The translations under genes were made by a program, and so were the position numbers. From NCBI GenBank assembly GCA_024137785.1, contig JAHRHZ010000150.1, forward strand, positions 631,627 through 695,626: DNA of 64,000 nucleotides, in the 5' to 3' direction. Below the pieces are notes generated by a model. It searched no databases, was not told where the DNA came from, and worked only from the letters and a program-made list of their open reading frames with translations. Origin of the DNA: Ginglymostoma cirratum. Lineage: Eukaryota. This document shows, in pieces, positions 1 to 12,975 of the stretch; positions within the stretch are counted from its first letter, which is position 1; every line of letters starts with the position of its first letter.

Positions 1-365
1 CAGGATGACAGCTGGTGACCAGTGGAGTTCCACAGGGCTGAGAATTAGGACCGCAACTATTCATATTATGCATTAATGATCTGCATGAAGGAACTGAGGG
101 CATTGTTGCTAAGTTTGCAGATGACACAAAGAAAGGTGAAGGGACAGATGATGTTGAGGAAGCAGTGAAGCTGCAGAAGGGACCGCTGCATAGTGGAAGC
201 TTTCAAAAATGAGATAATGCGAGTCCAGAGACAGTATGCTCCTGTCAGTGTGAAGGGCAAGGCTGGTCGGTGTAGGGATGAGTAGAGAGGTTGAGGCTTT
301 GGCCAAGAAAAGTAAGGAAGCGTATGTTAGGTATAGACAGCAGGGATTGAGTGAATCTCTGAGTA
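1..365 (+). mobile_element. CR1-type LINE ORF2 fragments (RT core)
   Basis: Translates to VTSGVPQG..LGPQLF..INDLHEGTEGIVAKFADDTK, the CR1 RT motif; joined to a second, more upstream ORF2 fragment. Confidence 0.85.
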
Positions 366-700
366 AAGAACCTACCTCTACGTCTCCCCTGTAACTATCT
401 CTACTCACTTTAAAACTATGCTCCCTTGTAATATCTACCTCCACCCTAGGTAGAAGTCTCTGGCTGTCCACTCTAGCTATATCTCTGATCATTTTGTACA
501 CCTCCATCAAGTCACCTCTCATCCTTCGTTGTTCTGAAGAGAAAAGTCCCAGCTCTCTCAACCTTTCCTCGTAAGACCTTCCCTCCATTCCAGGCAACAC
601 CCCGGTAAATCTCCTCTGCACGTTTTCCAATGCTTCCACATCTTTCCTGTATGACCAGGCGACCAGATATGGACACAATACTTCAGATGCGGCGGAACCA
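366..700 (-). mobile_element. CR1 LINE ORF2 C-terminal fragment
   Basis: ORF 109..678(-): YRKDVEALENVQRRFT..LPGMEGRSYEERLRELGLFS..RRMRGDLMEVYKM, typical CR1 C-terminus. Confidence 0.9.
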
Positions 701-879
701 ATATTCCCTCATCTTGTTAAGTTAGTTAGACTCAGATCTTTGAAGCTAAATAGCAGTTCAGCTTTCAGGGTCCATGGGCTAGAGATATTGATATTTCAAT
801 CTTTCCCGGGCTCCCAGAAATACTCCGTTGAGAGCATTCTGTGACCTGCTGTAGGGTTCACTTGTCTTGTTTCAGGAAA

Positions 880-2530
880 TGGAGTCTCATTATGAGACAG
901 AGACATCACCCACCCTGAGGGACACAGAACACACCCACGGCCTCACACACACACAGAGAAATACAGTCAGGCTGAAATATGGGAACACACCTGCATGCAG
1001 ACATGGAATACACACACACACACACATACACGCACAAATACAGTCATTCTGAGATATCAGAAGACATCTATACACAGACACAGAATCACATCCACATCCT
1101 CACTCACATGTAGAAATGAAGTCATACTGAGAGACATTACACACCAACATACAAGAACTTACAGAAACATTTCTGTACACACACACACACAACAGCACAC
1201 TCAAACACAGTTACAGAACTGGACACGCACACAATTGGATACAGGCAGAGAGCAACACTCTTAAATGAAGAGACACACCCAAAGAGGGGCACAGAGAGAT
1301 CCTGATGGAGGCACAGAAAGATCTCGACACACGGACAGACAGCCAAACACAGTCTCAACAACACACTCATCCACTTAAACAGGAGCATAGCCAGACAGAG
1401 ACACGCCCTGCACTCCCATAATGGTACACCCACTCTCAAAGGTACTCACACATAGAGTCACAGAACTATCATGACTTGCTGACAGTAATACACAAACACA
1501 CACACATAAACAGCACATACTTAGACACAAGCGCAGCAGGCACCTTGTGCAAAACGCTCACAGATACACAACCACAGAGGCACAGTAACAGACACACACA
1601 AAAACAGATAGATACAGAAGTACTCTCACACAGACTCAATAACATAACCAAACACATCAGCACTGCCATATACATTAAGCGAAATACTTCCAAACACATA
1701 CACACAAGAGAAAAAAAGAAACACACAGACAAAGAAACACGCTCATAACGTGGCATAGAGACACATCCAAGGAGAAAAACCAAGGGACACACAGACACAG
1801 ACATTCCAACAAAGACAGTGAAAGAAAATCATACACAGACCAAAAGAGAAACAGACACACAAAATCTTCCTAACAGACACGGTGTTGGGATGCTGAGTTT
1901 AGGAGGGGGGGGGGGGTGCAGTGAGAGAGGGATAGAGAGAGAGAAGGACAGAGAGAGAAAGAGTCAAAATGGAAGAGATGGGGTGACAATGCTGGCTGTG
2001 TCGGTTTGTATTTTGCAAAATCACGTCCTGGAATAAAATCAGTGAATGAAGGGATGAGGAAGGGATTTGAGCCAATGCACGTGAGCAAATGATAAATGGG
2101 TCAACACGTGTCTGACTTCGTCATTGACAGGGATAAAGAGGCAGACAGAGGGAGAGCGAGAGACAAAAAGCCATAGAGAAAGAGACAGACAATTATAGCG
2201 AGACAAAGAGAGGCAGAGGGAGAGAGAGAGATAGAGAGTGACAGAGAGAGTGAGAGACAGAGATAGAGAAAGAGACAGAGACACAAATAGAAAGGGACAG
2301 AGAGCGAGAGAGACCTTGATAGAGACTGACGGCGAGATACTGGGAGAGATGGGGAGAGGGTAGGGGAGAGAGAGACATAGAGGAGAGTGAGAGAGGGGGG
2401 AAGAGCGCGATAGAGACAAAGGCAGAGAGAGAGAGATAGAAGGCAACAGAGAGAGGGATAGTGAGGGAGAGTGAGAGAGGGAGGAAGAACGCTATAGATA
2501 CAAAGACAGACAGAAAGAGAGAAAGAGAAG
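880..2530. repeat. Degenerate (CA)n then (GA)n simple-repeat tract
   Basis: acacacag-type runs ~880-1870 and gagagaca-type runs ~1920-2530; ORFs here are low-complexity. Confidence 0.9.
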
Positions 2531-3359
2531 GCAGCGTCCTTGTGAAGGGAGTAGACGGGAGTTAGGCTTAGGAAGCTCTCTCAAAAATAAGCAAAAGTTC
2601 ATGAAATAATAACCAATTCAGACAAGAGGATCACCAGCGCACGGAGCCTTTCGCTTGTTGTAATGAAGTGTTTATCGCGAGCTGATCAGAGAGAGTCGGT
2701 CAATCGTCATTGCGCAGGAGGGTCTGTTTCTGCCTCTGACCCCCCTAGACCCCTACAGGGGAAATGCAGAGGCTCCTCCTGCCGGTCTTTAACACTCGCT
2801 CACAAGGCAGTCCGAGAAGACTAATGTTCCAGCTGAACCCATCCCTCACAGCCAGTCCGTCATTTCCTATCATTTTTCTGGCCTCCTTCCATCCTAACCC
2901 GACCCTGACAGTCACCTCTTGCCCTCTTACCTGCTGTTCCTTTCTCAGGGCCTTCATGTTTTTCATTCTTTTGATGGATAGATTCTTGTGAAGCTTTGGA
3001 GGTGGGTGGGGGGCGGATTTGGGAATTGGTCCTCAGGTGCAGACGGGAATGCGGATTTGACGTTACAGTTGGATGAGTCGCGGTACTCTGGGACAGCGGG
3101 CGAACCGGGCTGGAAGGGCCGAGTGGCCTGCTGCAGCTCATTGTCTGTGCGCTTACGCCTGGGTGTCAATCCATCGGTGAAACAGGGATAGCAGCGCGTT
3201 TCTGTGCGCGGTGTACGGTGACCCATCCTGCTTACCACACTCCCTCATCCACCGCTGGGTGTTATACTCCAGATCCATGTGGGTTTGTGCTGGTGGATTC
3301 CTGGCCGTACCTATGCAGTTCCTGAACTGGGAACACTGCGGGTGATTCTGGACCACTCT

Positions 3360-4202
3360 CAGTTGCTTTGCAGAGCGATTAAGTGAATAACAACGCGTCC
3401 AGTTGTTGCACCGCGTTCCTAAAACTGCTTTCGTGACTTGGACAGAGCCACTGCGTAAAATAATCTGTTCGCGCTGCAGCTTAAATCCTTGAGCGTATCT
3501 CCGACATAGTTTTCGCCCCAAGATAGTCTGCCGTTCCGTTAACCCTGAAGGGTATGAAGTTTGCACCGTACACTAGCCGCAGAAGTATAACGCTGACGGT
3601 TATGGTGATAAAGGAAATCACCGACTTCGGCTCTGCGTCTTTGTGACTCTCTCCCGTGCTCCGACCCCTCGGTGTCTTGCGTACTGCGGCCGCTAAAATG
3701 TCCCTGACCGTCCTAGCCTTCATCAACACGAATGGAATGAAAGAGGTTAAAATGTTGCCAAACTGGTTAAATCCCAGCCACCTGGGATCGGCAAAATAAG
3801 TTTTCTTTATTTGGCAGTACCATGGAATGTTGTCAATTGTCTTCTTAGGTTTGAGCACAAAATAGAAGGGAAAGTTTTGTTTTCGAACGGAGCAGAATGC
3901 CAGTTACAGCTGGAGCTACGGCCAAGGCTTTCTCTGTTCAATATTTTCACTTAAATTTCAGGAAGCAAATGACCACAAATCGATCATTGGAGAAAACGAC
4001 AGTGGGCCAAACGGAACGGTCTGTAGCTGCACGAACTACGCCAAGCAGTGGGGTTGTACAGGATAGATGGTTGGAAGTAATTCAACTGAGTCACCTTAGT
4101 GTGATGTTCGTGACAATGAACATTCGGTCCACCGTTGCCATAGCCAATAGTCAGAGAAGCCTCACTTTCCCCCTTCTGAGAACCGAAATCACCTGTAGGA
4201 GA
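3360..4202 (-). pseudogene. GPR139/142-like GPCR pseudogene, exon 2
   Basis: Collinear with the intact receptor at 26443-27353: LAMATVD, VRAATDRSVWPTVVFSNDRFVVIC, IDNIPWYC, ILTSFIPF, GESHKDAEPKSVISFITI, GDTLKDLSCSANRLFYAVALSKSRKQF. Multiple stops/frameshifts. Acceptor ctcctacag present twice as a 10-bp tandem duplication (4193-4212). Confidence 0.9.
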
Positions 4203-4399
4203 CTGTAGGAGACCGAATGCAAAACGAAAGTCAGAAATTACTGAACAAGCATTCTTCTTGTTTGCTCAGAGACCAATAGAATATCTTAGCACCTAAATAG
4301 TTGGGAGGTTCAAAGGTCAAATATAAACATGATAGCTCCAAACCTGAATCATTTCGAAGCTGCTTACTCTTGGGTTTAACCAAGTGGGGCAGGGAATTG

Positions 4400-6420
4400 G
4401 CAGATAGCAAGCGGCCATAATTAATAAGGTGGAGGGCAGGAAGATTACAGGGGATTTGAGGAAAAGGCTTTCAGTCAGAGAGTGGTGTGGGTTTGGAATA
4501 CACTGATGGGATGGGAGTTGAGGTGTGAAACCTCACAACCTTTAAAAACTACTTGAATGAGCGCTCAAAGTCTTGTAATATTCAAGGTTCTGAGTCTAGT
4601 GCTGTAAACTGGGACAAGTGTAGATTTAGTGCAGCTTTGAAAGCAGAAGCTTGATGGACCAAAGCACCTCTTCTGTACAGTTGGGTTCTATGATTCTAAA
4701 AATTGCTTTTGGGAGGCAGGTTGGGAAGTTAAACATTTTAATGATAAATCAAACAGCTGTTGATCCTGGAAACATGGAACAGAAACAAAAATAGCTGGAG
4801 AAATTCAACAGGTCTGGCAGTATCTGTGGAGAGGGAAACAGAGTTAATGTTTCAGGTCCAGAATCATGTTTTAGCAAACCATCTTCATCCGAAGAAGGGT
4901 CACTGGACTCAAAACCTTAACTCTGTTTTCTCCTCATACGAGACCGTGTCATTGCAAATAAAGGGCAACAGTTCATTTCTAAAAGGGAACTGAAATACAG
5001 TGTTCACGCTCATCTACTATGGAACCTTTGTTAGACCACACTTAGCATACTGCATGTAGCTCTGGTCACCATAGTACAATAACATGAGTTGATGCACTGG
5101 AAAAGATGCAATTATTCAATGGAGAATGCTAACAGAGTTGTGAAAGTTTTGTTTCATCATTAAAGGCGCAAGACACCATCAAAGTGTTCTATGTCATGAT
5201 AAATAGTATATGTTAACTCATTGAGCTCTTCATAACTTGTCTTGGTAAGTCAACAATTCCTTATCATGTTTAACAAATGTTCTAAATTAGCTTGTGTATT
5301 GACTCAGTACCATCCTCAAATAGGGATATATGATTTTTTTTTGCATTCTTTGCATTGTCTTACTCTGATACCTTTGGAATGTTGTGACTGTTGATATTTT
5401 ATGAATAAAGTATATAAGAAACAGTTCATTTATTGATTGCTGGTGCTTCAGTCTGTGCACAATAAAATATACTATAATAAAAATCTGGTCTCTCTAGCTG
5501 TCTATTGTGTTCTGATCATGTCAGGGCAATTAACATTTAAATTGATAATCTGAATACACAGCAGTTCATAGACAGAATGAGACAACATGATTTCACAACA
5601 ATTCTTTGGAAAAAAAACTTTATTTTACAATGAGAATAATTAACCAAGATGAGCAGAATTAACCTAATGGTATAATTCACAAATTCTTATATTCTAAACG
5701 CGGTTAAAATTATTCCTCCCCAGCAAGAATTACTTCTTGCATTGTGAAAATTATGAAGATACAAACACTTCTTCAGGGTGCAACTAGAAGGTAACCACAG
5801 TGTTCTGGAATTCACTTTAATAGGCCTCATTCTTTCTGCTATCTCATAGAACCACAGAAAAGCTTTGGCATGGAAAGAGGCAATTCAGTTCGCCATGTAA
5901 ATTCACTTTAAAACTCCTTAGTCTTTATACTGTCCTATAGAACCACTGGAAAGTTATTGCAGACAGAGAGGTCAGCCAGCCCATCACATCTGTGTCAACT
6001 GAGTAAACGAGCTACCTGTTCTAATGCCAATTTCCAGGATGTCGCCTACAGCCTTGAAAGTTACTCTAATTCAATTGCATTTCCTCGTTCCCTTTAAATG
6101 TGTTGAGGATTGTCCCTGCTAGCTCCCCAAACTGGGCAGTGAATTCCAGATACGCTACCACCTTCTGGATAAAAGGGTGAGCCCTCACGTCTGATATAAT
6201 CCTTCCATCAATCAGTCTCACTCTGTGTCTCCTGATAACTTGTGCTCTCCATTTGCGGTAACTGGTCTCTATCAAGACCCTCATGATTTTGTCTCCCTCA
6301 ATCACATCACCCTTTGTTCTCAGGAAAATCCAATCTTCCCTCAATGCTGCAGTAATTTCCATGCACTGGCTACATTCTTGTAAATCTCCACTGTATTTTC
6401 CCCAGTGCAATTTTGTCCTT
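4400..6420 (+). repeat. Segmental duplication copy A (paralog of ~16700-18690; its 3' part also of ~15110-15960)
   Basis: Collinear shared blocks, e.g. gatttgaggaaaaggctttca, aagttaaacattttaatga, tattgtgttctgatca, caaacacttcttcagg, ccccag(t/a)gcaatt(t/c)tgtcct. Confidence 0.85.
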
Positions 6421-6424
6421 ACTG

Positions 6425-6690
6425 TTAGGTGGTGATTGCATTTATTGCCCATCCCTAATTGCCCAGAGGCAGTTAAGAATCAACCATATTGCAGTGGGTC
6501 TGGAGTCACATGTAGGCCAGACCAGGTAAGAGTGGCAGTTTCCTTCCCTAAAGGACATTAGAGAGTCAGATGGGCTTTTCCAACAATTGACAATGGATTC
6601 ATGGTCATCATTTGACTCTTAATTCCAGATATTTATTGAATTCAAATTCCACCATCTGCTGTGGCAGGATTCGAACCCAGGTCCCTACAA
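6425..6690 (-). mobile_element. tRNA-headed Deu-domain SINE (SacSINE1-like), 5'-truncated
   Basis: Reverse complement contains B-box gggttcgaatcc, the Deu-like core ccttacctggtctggcctacatgtgactccagaccc and 3' ggcaataaatg; same family as 33652-33970. Confidence 0.8.
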
Positions 6691-6699
6691 CCTGGTCGT

Positions 6700-7830
6700 C
6701 ATCAATGGTATGTTGAAGGCTACAAAGAACATGACCTAGTTTCTCTGCTCCAGGGAAGTACTGGACAACAAAGAGTACTGTATCAATCCTGTCCTATGTC
6801 TGTCTTCTGAGGATGTCATGGTAGTTTTTCACTGTCACTTGTTGGAACTGGCAATCAATGAGTTGAGCATCATATCCAGTTCTTCTTTCAGTGTCCATAG
6901 GTGTACTTCACATTCCTCCTCATCTGAGAAGATCTTGTGTACATGTATGGCTTATCGGTAAGAGATGGCTTCTTTAACATGTTTAGGGTGGAAGATAGAG
7001 AAATGCAGCTTCGTGAGGTTATCTGTGGGTTTGTGCTAGAGTGAATTGAGGTGTCTGTCCTTGATGGAGATGTGTGTGTCCAAGAACGTGTGACAGGTGT
7101 ATAGCATTGGTTGGAGGTCCTGTGCAGCAAAGAATCTTGCTTAAAATTGTGCGTGAAAATATTGGCCTACTGGAATGCAAATTTGGTCCCATGGCTGTGC
7201 TGTGTATCTGAATGAAGAGCTGTTTGCCGAAGGTGAAGACATTGTGGTCGAGGATGAAGTGAATGAGTGGTAGAATGGCATCTGGAAATTGGCAGTTGTT
7301 AGTGTGGGACACTGAGGCTGTTGCAGTGATGCCGTCATCTTAGGGGAAGCTGGAGTAGAGTGCCAAAATGACCATTGTGACAAGGAATGTTTATGTTTCA
7401 ACGGTTCTGTAGGTGCTGAGTTTCTGTAAAAGTCTGCAGTGTCATGGAAGACGTTGAGGCAATGACCTCCTCAGAAGACAGGCACAGATCATGACGGATA
7501 GAATACCCTTCATCTTCCAGTATGTTCCCAGAATGGAGAAACTATGTCATATTCTACACAGCCTTCAGCATGTCATAGATAACCCAGACCATCCCTAATC
7601 CTCCACTTCTCACCTTCAAACGACTGCCAAACTTCAAACAGACTATCATTCACAGTAAACTACTGAGCCTTCAGGAGAACAGACACCATAACGACACACA
7701 ACCCTGCCATGGCAACCACTGCAAGACATGCCAGACCATCAACTTCGATACTATCGTCACACCACCACCGCAGACACTGTAGGTATTCGTGTGTCTTGGC
7801 CAATGGTGTCTACCTCACATGTTACAGGAA
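6700..7830. mobile_element. Penelope-like element fragment with inverted halves
   Basis: Minus strand encodes PLE RT pieces (HFILDHNVFTFGKQLFIQIHSTAMG; LSSTLNMLKKP); from ~7455 the plus strand continues into the linker/GIY-YIG region (PCHGNHCKTC-like; ANGVYL). Confidence 0.75.
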
Positions 7831-8099
7831 TATTTGATCAAACTTAGAGGGGTGGGGGCTTGGGCCTAAACTCAGTTAGGAGAAAAATGAAGTTGACTAC
7901 GTGAAGTAGAAAATCTGTGCGTGAAAGCAAAAAGCAGCAGAAACACTTTCTGGAGCCATGAGGATGGTGTGCTTTACAATCCTCGACTTCAGTATCAAAC
8001 AATTCCCTCGCATGTCTCACAGATTCAGAGACAAGGCTCTTTCTGGAATGCTACTTTTGTGATTTTTGGGAGATCCTCAATGACATTTGTGTGATGTGG

Positions 8100-8540
8100 T
8101 ACAGTTACTGTCACCTGTTTTACTTGTGATGACATGTGAGTTAAATGAACAACTGGAAGACTACACCAATATCTTGAACTACAACTATCCAAGAACTTAA
8201 ATTGAAAAACTATTTTATTGCATTTCAGAGTATTGAATTGAAACAAGAACACAGATACATGTACGCAGCAATTTACTATACTTTCCGCAAAAATTACTGA
8301 CACACTTCTTGACACAAAAAACCCCACCATGCTAAACAGGTTTTCCACAGAATGGGATCACGATTGATGCATTTTCATTGAACATACACAAAGCTGGAAG
8401 ATTTAAACCAGGTAGTTGACACTTGTTGTCACATCTCAGGCCTCAATCCCAAATTTCAAATCAACAATTAATCCAGGGTTTATCAGAAAACTTGCCAAGC
8501 ACACATTGTACCTCTGGAAAAATGCAGTCTTACAAACAAA
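8100..8540 (+). mobile_element. Possible highly decayed Gypsy gag relic
   Basis: Weak PGFIRKLAKH..C motif resembling gag LRKLAEHC; no open frame. Confidence 0.2.
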
Positions 8541-8879
8541 ATTGCAAGGTATTCATTTCTCCCCTATTTCCAATGGTTCTGGCTCCTTGTTTCCATCAAA
8601 TACCTCTCTATCCTTGTCCAACCGTTGCTGCCTCCTTCACTCTTCCCACATGGAAAATTTTTCCTTTCTCTCCTTGCAGCTTGCCTCTCTCTCTCTGCTC
8701 CTTTTTATCCATCTTCACATCTTAGTAAGGATATATTGGCATTGGACAAATTGCAATGTAGATTTGCAAGAATAATATCTGGACTTCAGCAGTTATGTTA
8801 TGAGGAGACACAAATTAGGCCTGCTTTCGCTAGAAATTAGAAGACAAGGAAGAAAATAGATATGTATAAATATTTGTTA

Positions 8880-10290
8880 CATCTATAAGTGTGGATGAGG
8901 TGCCGGATGATAGTAGAGTAGTTAATGTTGTGCCTTTGTTTAAGAAGAAGCCTGGGAACTATAAACTTGTGAGTCTGGCTTCAGCGGTGGGTAGGTTTTT
9001 GCAAGTGATTCTGAAAGATAGGATTAGTATGCATTTAGAGAAACAAGGAATTATCAGGGATTGTCAGCATGGCTTTGTGTGGGAGAAATCACGTCTCACA
9101 AACTTGATTGTATTTGCTTGAGGAAGCAACCAAAATGATTGATGAGGGCAGAGTAGTACACATTGTGTACTTGGATTTTAGTAAACCTTTTGACAGGGTT
9201 TCACATGGTAGACTAAATAGTAAAGTTAGATGACATGGGATTAAGGGTGAGCCTTGCCTGGATACTAGATTGGCTTAATGGCAGGAGACAGATAGTGATG
9301 GTGGAGGGTTATTTTTCAGACTGGAGACCTGTGGCTAGTGATGTTCCACAGAGATCAGTGCTGGGTCCACTTTTGTTTGTCATTTGTATAAATGTGTTGG
9401 ATGGCAATATAGGAGCCACAGTTGTAAGTTTGTCAAAGAAGAAGGTTCTCTATTATTACAAAGAGCACTTGATCAATTGGGTCATTGGACTGAAGAGTGG
9501 CAGGTGGAGTTTAACTTGGATAAATATAATGTAATACATTTTGGTTAAAAGAAAAACAAGGGCAGAACTCAAACAATAGTAGGCCTTGGGTAGTGTTGTA
9601 GAACACTGAGACTGAGGTGTTCTCATACGTAATTCTTTGAAGTTTGCATCACATGGGTCATTAAGAAGACATTTAGCATGCTTGCCTTTATTGGTCAGAC
9701 CTTTGAGTACCGGAGTTGGGACATTATGTGGATATTGTACATTGGTGAGGCCTCTCCTGGAGTACTGTGTCCAGTTCTGCTCACCCTGTTATAGGAAGGA
9801 TATTATTAAACTGAACAGGGATCAGCACAGATTTATCAGGACATTGCTGAGAATGGAAGTTTGCGCTGTGGGGAGATGTTAGGTAGGCTGACCCTTTTTC
9901 CACTGGAACATTGGTTGTAGTGGGGAGACATTACAAAGACTTATACAATCATGAGGGGTATTGGTAAAGTGAATGGCAGGTGGTTTTTCCCTGGGATGGG
10001 AGGTTTCAAGACTAGGGTTTATATTTTTAAGTGGAGAGCAGAACATTTTTATAAAGACATGAGCGACAAATTGTTTACACAGAAAATGGTTCATGTGTGG
10101 AATGATCTTTCAGAGGAAGTGCTGTATGTGGATACACTCACAACATTTAAAAGTCATTTAGATATGTACATGAATATAAAAAAAAAATTTGGAGGGATAT
10201 GGGCCAAGTGCAGGCAGGTGGGATCAGTTTAGCTTGGGATTATGGTCAGCATGGACTGGTTGGACCAAAATGTCCGTTTTTATGCTTCAT
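8880..10290 (+). mobile_element. 5'-truncated CR1 LINE (RT + 3' tail)
   Basis: Broken ORFs: VVPLFKK.PGNYKLVSL, QHGFV, WRPVASDVPQRSVLGPLLF, LVRPLLEYCVQF, FFPGMGGFKTR; CR1 tail to ~10285. Confidence 0.9.
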
Positions 10291-11994
10291 GACTGAATGA
10301 ACCTACAAAGGTAAATTATTTCCACTGGTTGGGAATTTGACAAGTAAGGGATACAGTCTGAGAATTAAGGGTAGAATTAAGGGTTTTTTTTTCAAAAATT
10401 TGGAATACCAAAAACCGTCTTCATTTAAAATATTGCTCAACATGAGAACAGACAACCAGACATTTGAAAATTTCACTGACAGATTTTATATTCAGTTCAA
10501 CGTACAACACATTGTTTAGTTTTTAATCATTGAATGAGTATGCTGTTGGTAGAGATATACCAATATCTCTGAATATTTGAATATTCAGAATATATTCCAA
10601 ATCTCTTTTCCTGCCTCAGTGAACCCTTCATTTTAAACTTCTGTCTCACGCTGTATGGAACGCCCCCTCCCCTTTATTTATTCCCCTCTCTCTCATTTTG
10701 TGTTTAATACCATTTCCCCCCTTTTTTCTCGTCTCTCTCAGGCTGTGCTTAATATCTGTACACTTTTATTTATCCTCTCTCTTGAAAGGTGTGTTGAAGA
10801 GACTCTCCCTTTTTATTTCGTCCTCTCTCTCTCTCTTAGAGGCCCTGTTTAATCGCCTCTTCCGTGTAATTTAAATCACTCTCTCCCAGGGGTCCTTTAA
10901 ATTCACCTCCTCCTCTATTCAAACCTCTTTTACTCTCACAGGCTGATTTTAATCCCCTGCCAACCTTTATTTAAAATGCACTTCCTCACTCGGTCTCTCT
11001 CTCTCTCTGTCTCTGTCTGTCTGTCCCTCCCTCTCACACACACACACACGCACACACACTCTCCCACACTTACCCACCCATAGACTATGCTTCATCCTCG
11101 ACACTCACACCCCACATTTTAAAAATTCTGTCGCTCTGTGTGGTTCTGTCTCTTGCACACAGGCTATGTTTAATCTCTTCTCTTTCTGCATGTAAGTCTC
11201 TCTGTTCTTCTGTATTTAATTGTATCTCTATTCTCCTTTATATTTCTACTCCCTCTCTGTATCTCAATCCTGTATTTAACCCTCCGTATGCAGTACTCTC
11301 TTCACTCCCTTGTTCTTAATACTCTGTCTAATCCTCTGCGTTTAATCCTTTCGCTGCATTTATTGCATTTAGTGTGTACTTAATCCCAACTTTATTTCCG
11401 TGTTTATTCCTGTGTCTATTAATCCTGTCTCTTCATCTGCATTTAATTCTCTCACAATTCCTCTGTATTTAGTTGTCTCTCTATTCTTCTTTACTAAACC
11501 ATTTCTCTCTTTCTTTTTATTCAACGCTCTCCCTACTACTCTTTATTACTTCCCATTTAATTCCCTCACGATTGCTCTTCCCCCTTATTCGACACTATCC
11601 CTATTGCTGTCTATTTTATCCTATCCCCATTACTTTGTTTATCATCCCCTCATGATCAGTCACCGTTTAACCTGCTCACTGCTACTCTCAATTTATCACT
11701 CACAAACTTTAACCCTCTCTCTATGTGTTTTCAATTTTCTCCCTATTTCTCTCTATTTAACCCTCTCACTAGTATTACGTTCTACTTAATCTTCTCTCGA
11801 TTACTCTGTATTAAACCCTATTCCTTTCCCCTGTATTTCACCATCTCCCTGTTCTGCTGTATTCACCCCCACTTCATAACTCTTTATTACTCTGTATTAA
11901 CCCTTCTCCCTTCCCCTGAAATTAACCCTCACCCTGTCCCCTGTATTGAACGCTCTCCTTATTACTCTCTGTTTCTCCAATCCCTATTAATCTG

Positions 11995-12468
11995 TACCAA
12001 GTCCCCTCCCCTTCCACAAAGGCTTATGTACCATCACCAAGTCACCCTTTTTTTATGTATGCATAATACAAAACACTGACCCAGCTAGCACAGAGCTAGT
12101 TCCTCTAGAACCCCTGACATAACAAGGTGTTGGGCTGGATGAACACAGCAGGCCAAGCAGCATCATAGGAGCAGGAAAGCTTGATGTTTCGGGCCTAGAC
12201 TCTTCATCAGAAAGAGGTCTAGGCCCGAAACATCAAACTTTCCTGCTCCTATGATGCTGCTTGGCCTGCTGTGTTCATCCAGCCCCACACCTTGTTATCT
12301 CGGATTCTCCAGCATCTGCAGTACCTTTTATCTCTGTTACAAAGAACCCCTGACACTCCTGTTAATATCTGTCAGCCAGGACTGCCTGATCAGGCCAGAT
12401 TAACAGATTTAATGAGGGCACTCATTTTCAGTGAGATCCATCTGGCTGACCTTGTTACAATCACTACA
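11995..12468 (-). mobile_element. Probable solo LTR, itself interrupted by a Penelope mini-element
   Basis: Non-low-complexity island inside the pyrimidine tract; reverse strand begins tgtagtgattgtaac (TG start); sequence rejoins across the TSD at 12107/12343. Confidence 0.45.
12120..12342. mobile_element. Fold-back Penelope pLTR mini-element (family A) with hammerhead core and 13-bp TSD
   Basis: ~90-bp near-perfect inverted arms centred near 12210; flanked by agaacccctgaca at 12107-12119 and 12343-12355. Confidence 0.85.
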
Positions 12469-12704
12469 GCTTCTTCCATTTTAACCCTCTCCCTGTGTCT
12501 CTGTAATCAGAACTCTCCCTTTTGTGCTCTCCATACACTCCCCCATTTCTCTGTATGAAACCCCATGCCTTTCCCAGTATTTACCCCTCTCCCTGTTCCC
12601 CTATATTCAGTCCTCACTCTATTACTCTCGATGTCACCCTCTCTAATCCCTTACATTTAACCGTCCCCCAATTACTCCATATTAAATACTCCATATTAAA
12701 ATAA

Positions 12705-12975
12705 ACTGCTGCCCCTCAGTGCCAGGGATGTGGGTTTAATTCCACTCTTGGGCAACTGCCTGTGCGGTGTTTTCTTTTTATCTCCCTACGTCAGCTGGAT
12801 TTCTTCTGGGAGCTCCGGTTTCCTCCCTCAGTCCGAAGACGTGCAGGTTAGGTGGATAAACCATGGGAAATGCTGGCTTGTAGGGGTGGGTCTGGGTGGG
12901 GTGCTCTTCCGAGGGTTGGTGTGGACTCGATGGGCCGAATGGCCTATTTCCACACTGCAGGGATTCTATGATTCC
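12705..12975 (+). mobile_element. HE1-type V-SINE
   Basis: tRNA-like head, V-domain core ctccggtttcctccctcagtccgaagacgtgcaggttagg, CR1-derived tail gggccgaatggcctatttccacactgcagggattctatgatt. Confidence 0.85.

Noticed and set aside
867-2446. Many 60-135 aa ORFs rich in HT/CV/SL
   Set aside because: Translations of CA/GA microsatellites; the same applies to 39.6-40.7 kb and 44-47.5 kb.
2700-3350. Several overlapping ORFs in GC-rich DNA downstream of the GPCR pseudogene
   Set aside because: No domain recognisable; part is a decayed CR1 tail (ggaagggccgagtggcctgct).
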